From Actinomycetes bacterium (GTDB taxonomy: Bacteria; Actinomycetota; Actinomycetes; JAWWOW01): 64,000 nt of DNA. The stretch spans positions 66,792 through 130,791 of the forward strand of contig JBJMHR010000033.1 of the NCBI GenBank assembly GCA_045807285.1, given 5' to 3'. The position numbers were made by a program, and so were the translations under genes. The notes under the pieces were generated by a model. It saw nothing but the letters and a program-made list of their open reading frames with translations. It was not told the DNA's origin and did no database searches. Numbering within the stretch: position 1 is the first letter of the stretch; each line of letters opens with the position of its first letter. This document shows positions 58,542 through 64,000 of the stretch, piece by piece.

Positions 58542-60197
58542 GTGACGCCGCTCGAAATCGCTGACGCCGTGCGCAATGCGGTTGCTGCCGCCGTCGACGC
58601 CGGCGACGTTGCGGTGGTGGTGCCGGAGCAGGTCACGGTGGAGCGTCCACGGCATCGCGAGCACGGTGACTACGCGACCAACGTTGCGATGCAGCTGGCC
58701 AAACAGGCAGGCCGCCCGCCACGCGATGTCGCCGAGCTGATCGCCACGCGGTTGCGGGAGAGCCCGGGCATCGCAGGCGTCGACGTGGCCGGGCCTGGCT
58801 TCCTCAACATCAAGCTCGACGGTGCGACGGCGGGCGCACTCGCCGGCGCGATTGTGGGCTCGGGTGCGTACTTCGGCAGCACCGACGTGCTCGCAAAGCA
58901 GAAGGTCAACCTCGAGTTCGTCTCCGCCAACCCGACCGGCCCGCTCCACCTCGGTGGCACGCGCTGGGCTGCGGTCGGCGACTCACTTGCCCGACTGCTC
59001 GAGGCTTCCGGCGCTGACGTGACGCGCGAGTACTACTTCAACGACCACGGAGCTCAGATCGACCGGTTCGCGCAGTCATTGCTGGCTCGGGCGCGCGGCA
59101 ACCCGACTCCGGAAGACGGCTACGGCGGCGACTACATCGACGAGATCGCCGCACGCGTCGTCCCCGAGCACCCGGACGTGCTCGCGTTGCCTGACGACCA
59201 GGCGCAGGAGGTCTTCCGCGCCGACGGCGTCGAGCTGATGTTCGCGGAGATCAAGCGGAGCCTGCATGAGTTCGGTGTCGACTTCGACGTCTACTTCCAT
59301 GAGAACTCACTGCACGAGTCCGGCGCGGTCCAGCACGCGATCGACCGGTTGCGTGAGCAGGGACACGTGTACGACGACGGCGGTGCAATCTGGCTGCGCA
59401 CTACCGACTTCGGTGACGACAAGGACCGCGTCCTCATCAAGAGCGACGGTTCACCGACGTACTTCGCCGCTGACGCGGCCTACTACATCAACAAGCGGGA
59501 GCGTGGGTTCGACCGCTGCCTCTACATGCTCGGCGCCGACCACCATGGCTACGTCGGCCGGCTCAAGACCATCGCAGCGTGCGCGGGTGATGAGCCGAGC
59601 GAGCACATCGAGGTTCTGATCGGGCAGTTCGTCAACTTGATCCGCAACGGTGAGCCGGTCCGCATGAGCAAGCGCGCGGGCACAATCCTGACGCTAAACG
59701 ACCTGGTCGACGCGATCGGTGTCGACGCAGCGCGTTACGCGCTCGCTCGCTACAGCGTCGACTCCGCGATCGACATCGACCTCGACTTGTGGGCCAAGCG
59801 CACGAGCGACAACCCGGTCTTCTACGTGCAATACGCGCACGCCCGGCTGGCTTCGTTACGTCGCAATGCGGCCGACCTCGGTGTCGAGCGTGGCGACTCG
59901 TATGACCCATCCCTGTTGACGCACGAGCGCGAAAGCGACCTGCTCGGCCAGCTGGGTGAGTTTCCGCGCGTCGTCGCGTCGGCGGCCGAGCTGCGCGAGC
60001 CACATCGTGTGGCGCGTTACCTCGAGGCCCTCGCCGGGACGTACCACAAGTTCTACGAGGCCTGCCGTGTGCTGCCCATGGGCGATGAACCGGCGACCGA
60101 GGTCAACCGTGCGCGGCTCTGGCTGTGCGAGGCCACGCGCATCGTGCTCGGCAACGGTCTCGGGCTGCTCGGGGTGAGTGCACCCGAGCGGATGTGA
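58542..60197 (+). CDS. argS: Arginine--tRNA ligase
   Basis: Collinear with mycobacterial ArgS ([34 protein letters not shown]-terminal VSAPERM). GTG start within the longer track ORF. Confidence 0.9.
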   Translation: MTPLEIADAVRNAVAAAVDAGDVAVVVPEQVTVERPRHREHGDYATNVAMQLAKQAGRPPRDVAELIATRLRESPGIAGVDVAGPGFLNIKLDGATAGALAGAIVGSGAYFGSTDVLAKQKVNLEFVSANPTGPLHLGGTRWAAVGDSLARLLEASGADVTREYYFNDHGAQIDRFAQSLLARARGNPTPEDGYGGDYIDEIAARVVPEHPDVLALPDDQAQEVFRADGVELMFAEIKRSLHEFGVDFDVYFHENSLHESGAVQHAIDRLREQGHVYDDGGAIWLRTTDFGDDKDRVLIKSDGSPTYFAADAAYYINKRERGFDRCLYMLGADHHGYVGRLKTIAACAGDEPSEHIEVLIGQFVNLIRNGEPVRMSKRAGTILTLNDLVDAIGVDAARYALARYSVDSAIDIDLDLWAKRTSDNPVFYVQYAHARLASLRRNAADLGVERGDSYDPSLLTHERESDLLGQLGEFPRVVASAAELREPHRVARYLEALAGTYHKFYEACRVLPMGDEPATEVNRARLWLCEATRIVLGNGLGLLGVSAPERM

Positions 60198-60201
60198 TCC
60201 T

Positions 60202-61527
60202 TTGACGACCACCGAAACCGTGAGCGCGCTCGAGCCGGCGATCTGGCCGCGGACCGCGCGGCGCTCCGACGGTGTTCTCACCATCGGTGGCGTTGACTGC
60301 ATCGAGCTCGCCGAGCGCTTCGGCACTCCGGCGTACATCCTCGACGAAGCAGATCTCTTGAGCCGCTGCGCGGAGTGGCGGACCGCGTTCGCAGACGGTG
60401 ACGTCTATTACGCGGGCAAGGCGTTTCTCTGTGTCGCCGTTGCACGATGGATTATCGACGCCGGCCTCGGCTTGGACGTGTGTACCGGGGGTGAGCTGGC
60501 CGTCGCGCAGCGAGCCGAGGTGCCACCGGAGCGCATCGTCTTCCACGGCAACAACAAGTCCACGGGTGAGCTCGAACGCGCACTGGACTATGGCGTCGGG
60601 CGCGTGGTCGTCGACTCGTTCGAAGAGCTCGCGCGGCTGGCGTTCCTCGCGGAGCGCAGCGATGTGCGCCAGCGCATCCTGCTTCGGGTGACGCCGGGGG
60701 TGGAGGCGCACACTCACGAATACGTCGCCACCGGGCAAGAGGACCAGAAGTTCGGTTTCTCGCTCGCGTCCGGCGCCGCCGCTGAAGCCGTCCGCCGCGC
60801 GCTCCGCTTGTCCAGCGTCGAACTCGTCGGCGTACATGCGCATATCGGGTCGCAGATCTTCGAGACGCAAGGCTTCGCACTAGCTGCGCACCGAATGCTC
60901 GCCCTGCTCGCCGAGGTCAAGCGTGAACACGGCGTCGAGTTGGGTGAGCTCAACCTCGGCGGTGGCCTCGGGATCGCCTACACCGAAGCCGACCTGCCGA
61001 TGGACGTCACCGAAGCCGCCGAGCGACTGCGCGACATCGTGCGGCGGGAGTGTGACAGCGCGGGACTCACGGTGCCGCGCCTCGCTGTGGAGCCGGGCCG
61101 AGCGATTGTCGGACCCAGCACGATCACGCTGTACGAGATCGGCACGGTCAAGCAGCTACCCGGACTGCGCACGTACGTCAGTGTCGACGGCGGCATGAGC
61201 GACAACATCCGCACCGCGTTGTACGACGCGCACTACACTGCAACTCTTGCCTCGCGCACATCGACAGCGAAGCCGGCGCATGTGACGGTGTGCGGCAAGC
61301 ATTGTGAGTCCGGCGACATCGTCGTCAAAGACGTGGCGCTACCTGAGGACCTCGCGCCCGGTGACCTCATCGCTGTGCCGGCGTCCGGCGCCTACCACCG
61401 GTCGATGGCGAACAACTACAACCACATGCCCCGCCCCCCGGTGATTGCCGTACGCGATGGACAGGCCCGCGTGATCGTCCGCAGGGAGACCGAGGACGAC
61501 CTGCTCCGGCTGGACGTCGAGCCGTGA
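60202..61527 (+). CDS. lysA: Diaminopimelate decarboxylase
   Basis: YAGKAF, CTGGELAVA, GGGLGI and CESGD. The TTG start (GTG at 60220 is the alternative) follows the argS stop. Confidence 0.9.
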   Translation: MTTTETVSALEPAIWPRTARRSDGVLTIGGVDCIELAERFGTPAYILDEADLLSRCAEWRTAFADGDVYYAGKAFLCVAVARWIIDAGLGLDVCTGGELAVAQRAEVPPERIVFHGNNKSTGELERALDYGVGRVVVDSFEELARLAFLAERSDVRQRILLRVTPGVEAHTHEYVATGQEDQKFGFSLASGAAAEAVRRALRLSSVELVGVHAHIGSQIFETQGFALAAHRMLALLAEVKREHGVELGELNLGGGLGIAYTEADLPMDVTEAAERLRDIVRRECDSAGLTVPRLAVEPGRAIVGPSTITLYEIGTVKQLPGLRTYVSVDGGMSDNIRTALYDAHYTATLASRTSTAKPAHVTVCGKHCESGDIVVKDVALPEDLAPGDLIAVPASGAYHRSMANNYNHMPRPPVIAVRDGQARVIVRRETEDDLLRLDVEP

Positions 61528-62819
61528 CCGCACCGCTCAAGGTCGCCCTCCTCGGCTGCGGCGTCGTCGGCAGTGAGGTCGTCCGTCTTCTGCACGACCA
61601 CCGCGCCGACCTCACCTCTCGCGTCGGCGCTCCCGTGGAGCTCGTCGGCATCGCCGTACGTCGTCCCGACCGCATGCGCGACCTCCCCGTCGACTCGTCG
61701 CTGTTCACCTCGGACGCCGCGGGGCTGGTCGCACGTGATGACGTGGAAGTCGTTGTCGAGGTGATCGGTGGCATTGAGCCCGCGCGAGCGCTCTTGCTCA
61801 GTGCGTTGCAACGTGGCGCATCGGTCGTTACGGCAAACAAGGCCCTGCTCGCGGAAGACGGCGCGACGTTGTACGACGCCGCCCGCGCGACGAATGCGGA
61901 CCTGTACTTCGAGGCGAGCGTCGCGGGCGCAATACCGCTGCTACGTCCGTTGCGCGACTCGCTCGCCGGCGACCGAATCCATCGCGTGCTCGGCATCGTC
62001 AACGGCACCACCAACTTCGTTCTGTCTCGCATGGACGAGACCGGGGCCGGTTTCGCAGAAGCGCTCGAAGAGGCGACCGCGCTCGGTTACGCGGAGGCCG
62101 ATCCCTCTGCCGACATCGACGGCTTCGACGCGGCGGCGAAGGCCGCGATCCTCGCGAGCCTCGCGTTCCACACCCGCGTTACTGCGGCGGACGTGCACCG
62201 CGAGGGAATTGCCGACGTCACGGCCGCCGACGTCGCGAGCGCGAAGCGCATGGGCTGCGTCGTGAAGCTGCTGGCGATCGCAGAGGTTGCGGTCGACGGC
62301 AGAGCCGTCGGTGTCCGCGTCCACCCGGCAATGATCCCGCGCAGCCACCCCCTTGCCGGCGTGCGCGACGCGTACAACGCGGTCTTCGTCGAAGCGCAGG
62401 CAGCGGGCCAGCTGATGTTCTACGGCAAGGGTGCCGGCGGCGCACCAACAGCGAGTGCTGTTCTTGGTGACCTCGTAGCTGCCGCGCGCAACCGGTTGTC
62501 TGGTGCGCGCGGGTTCGGTGAGTCGGCGTACGCCGATCTGCGCATCTCACCGATGGGTGAGACGGTGACCCGGTGCCACGTGAGCCTCGAGGTCGCCGAC
62601 AAGGCCGGTGTGCTCGCCCACGTCGCGGAAGCCTTCGCCCGTCACGATGTCTCCATCCGAACCGTGCACCAGGAAGGACACGGCGACGACGCGACACTCG
62701 TCCTGGTCACCCACCAGGCGACCGACGCTGCGTTGGCAAGCACGGTCGACGAGCTACGCGGTCTCGACGTCGTGCGCGCGGTCGCGAGTGTCATGCGGGT
62801 CGAGGGCGAGGCGGGATGA
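61524..62819 (+). CDS. hom: Homoserine dehydrogenase
   Basis: [28 protein letters not shown] and a C-terminal ACT domain. Confidence 0.9.
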   Translation: MTAPLKVALLGCGVVGSEVVRLLHDHRADLTSRVGAPVELVGIAVRRPDRMRDLPVDSSLFTSDAAGLVARDDVEVVVEVIGGIEPARALLLSALQRGASVVTANKALLAEDGATLYDAARATNADLYFEASVAGAIPLLRPLRDSLAGDRIHRVLGIVNGTTNFVLSRMDETGAGFAEALEEATALGYAEADPSADIDGFDAAAKAAILASLAFHTRVTAADVHREGIADVTAADVASAKRMGCVVKLLAIAEVAVDGRAVGVRVHPAMIPRSHPLAGVRDAYNAVFVEAQAAGQLMFYGKGAGGAPTASAVLGDLVAAARNRLSGARGFGESAYADLRISPMGETVTRCHVSLEVADKAGVLAHVAEAFARHDVSIRTVHQEGHGDDATLVLVTHQATDAALASTVDELRGLDVVRAVASVMRVEGEAG

Positions 62820-63898
62820 CCACGGCTGTCGGCCACGCCCGTCCTTGGCGTGGCGTGATCGAGGAGTATCGCGAACGGCTTCCGGTCAGTGAGCGCACTC
62901 CGGTCGTGACGTTGCTCGAAGGTGGCACGCCGCTGCTGCCGGCGCTCGAGCTGTCGAAACTGACGGACTGTGAAGTGTGGCTCAAGGTCGAAGGCGCCAA
63001 CCCGACCGGTTCGTTCAAGGACCGCGGCATGACTGTCGCGATCAGCAAGGCAGCCGAAGAAGGAGCGCGTGCCGTCATCTGCGCGAGCACGGGTAATACG
63101 AGCGCGAGTGCAGCGGCGTACGCCGTCCGCGCAGGCATGATCTGCGCAGTGCTCGTCCCGACCGGGAAGATCGCGCTCGGCAAGCTCGCTCAAGCGCTCG
63201 TGCACGGGGCACGGCTGCTCGAGGTCGACGGCAACTTCGACGACTGTCTGACGTTGGCGCGCGATCTCGCAGACGGTTACCCCGTGTCGCTCGTCAACTC
63301 GGTCAATGCCTTTCGCATCGAAGGCCAGAAGACCGCATCATTCGAGATCGTTGATGTGCTCGGTGACGCACCCGACGTGCATTGCCTGCCGGTCGGCAAC
63401 GCCGGCAACATCACGGCGTACTGGCGCGGTTACACCGAAGAAGCCGACGCCGGTCGCATCACGCATCGGCCGGTCATGCGCGGCTTTCAGGCATCCGGCG
63501 CCGCACCGATCGTGCTCGGCGCGCCGGTTGCGAAACCAACGACCATCGCGACGGCGATCCGCATCGGCAACCCGGCGTCATGGCAGCAAGCACTCGCAGC
63601 ACGCGACGAGTCCGGCGGCGCGATCGACGCGGTCACCGACCGGCAGATCCTCGAGGCGTACCGACTGCTCGCTCGTTCCGAAGGTGTCTTCGTCGAACCG
63701 TCGTCGGCCGCGAGCGTCGCCGGCCTCTTGCAGGCGCGCGCTGACGATTCGCTCGAAGCCGGGCATCGCGTGGTCTGCACGGTTACCGGCAACGGTCTGA
63801 AAGATCCCGACTGGGCGATTGCGGGCGCTCCGAAACCGGTCACGATTGCAGCGGACGCGAAAGCCGCTGCGGACGCACTCGGGCTGGTGATGGGCTGA
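62816..63898 (+). CDS. thrC: Threonine synthase
   Basis: PLP Lys motif [10 protein letters not shown]. 360 aa. ATGA overlap with hom. Confidence 0.9.
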   Translation: MTTAVGHARPWRGVIEEYRERLPVSERTPVVTLLEGGTPLLPALELSKLTDCEVWLKVEGANPTGSFKDRGMTVAISKAAEEGARAVICASTGNTSASAAAYAVRAGMICAVLVPTGKIALGKLAQALVHGARLLEVDGNFDDCLTLARDLADGYPVSLVNSVNAFRIEGQKTASFEIVDVLGDAPDVHCLPVGNAGNITAYWRGYTEEADAGRITHRPVMRGFQASGAAPIVLGAPVAKPTTIATAIRIGNPASWQQALAARDESGGAIDAVTDRQILEAYRLLARSEGVFVEPSSAASVAGLLQARADDSLEAGHRVVCTVTGNGLKDPDWAIAGAPKPVTIAADAKAAADALGLVMG

Positions 63899-64000
63899 AT
63901 GGCTCGTCCCGCTTTCCGCGCAGGTCCGCTACGGGTGCGCGTGCCCGCATCCAGTGCGAACCTCGGACCTGGCTTCGACGCGTTCGGTCTCGCCCTGTCT
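63899..64000 (+). CDS. thrB: Homoserine kinase (5' fragment, continues beyond window)
   Basis: MARPAFRAGPLRVRVPASSANLGPGFDAFGLALS contains the PxSSANLGPGFD motif. Confidence 0.8.
   Translation, partial: MARPAFRAGPLRVRVPASSANLGPGFDAFGLALS

Noticed and set aside
1-64000. CRISPR arrays, IS elements, integrases, prophage or toxin-antitoxin pairs
   Set aside because: No direct-repeat arrays were found. No transposase, integrase or phage-like ORFs were recognised among ORFs of 60 aa or more.

Overview
This is a high-GC (roughly 70%) actinobacterial chromosomal segment. Coordinates follow the ORF-track convention: stop codon included, minus-strand stop at the low coordinate. Long opposite-strand and alternative-frame ORFs in the track are high-GC shadow ORFs and are ignored.

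Most of the window is conserved actinobacterial backbone. The neighbourhoods resemble those of Mycobacterium tuberculosis (from memory, not searched), and include:
- aroA with rsgA
- ideR
- the sigH/rshA pair, then galE and hsp20
- a biotin carboxylase, crotonase and small BCCP-like protein, beside the biotin operon bioA-bioF-bioD-bioB plus a small zinc-ribbon ORF
- pdtaS with whiB1
- sigF with its anti-sigma factor
- a glutamine-type ABC transporter
- a malic enzyme
- kgd
- an acyl-CoA dehydrogenase
- tRNA-Arg(CCG)
- argS-lysA-hom-thrC-thrB

Accessory or unusual content is interspersed with that backbone:
- A translationally coupled NfeD(OB)-flotillin-TelA-like module.
- A large secreted protein of unknown function, a tiny LPFTG sortase substrate, and a lipoprotein next to an SOS-response-associated peptidase (SRAP).
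- A roughly 0.97-kb AT-rich non-coding island containing a 21-codon Trp-rich ORF, followed by two tandem, coupled 7TM-HD paralogs: one canonical HD-GYP and one degenerate. The first of these has atypical composition and is the best candidate for a horizontally acquired, possibly novel signalling module.
- An orphan PilT-type ATPase.
- A Tat-secreted metallophosphoesterase coupled to two CrcB fluoride-channel genes.
- A divergent NiSOD sodN/sodX pair in which sodX carries an in-frame TAG.
- An unannotated 24-codon basic peptide ORF resembling ribosomal bL37.
- Two GGGAAT-N19-GTT promoters of the SigH/SigR ECF type, upstream of sigH and of hsp20.
- A TGTGA-N6-TCACG CRP-like site upstream of whiB1.

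No CRISPR array, transposase or integrase was seen.
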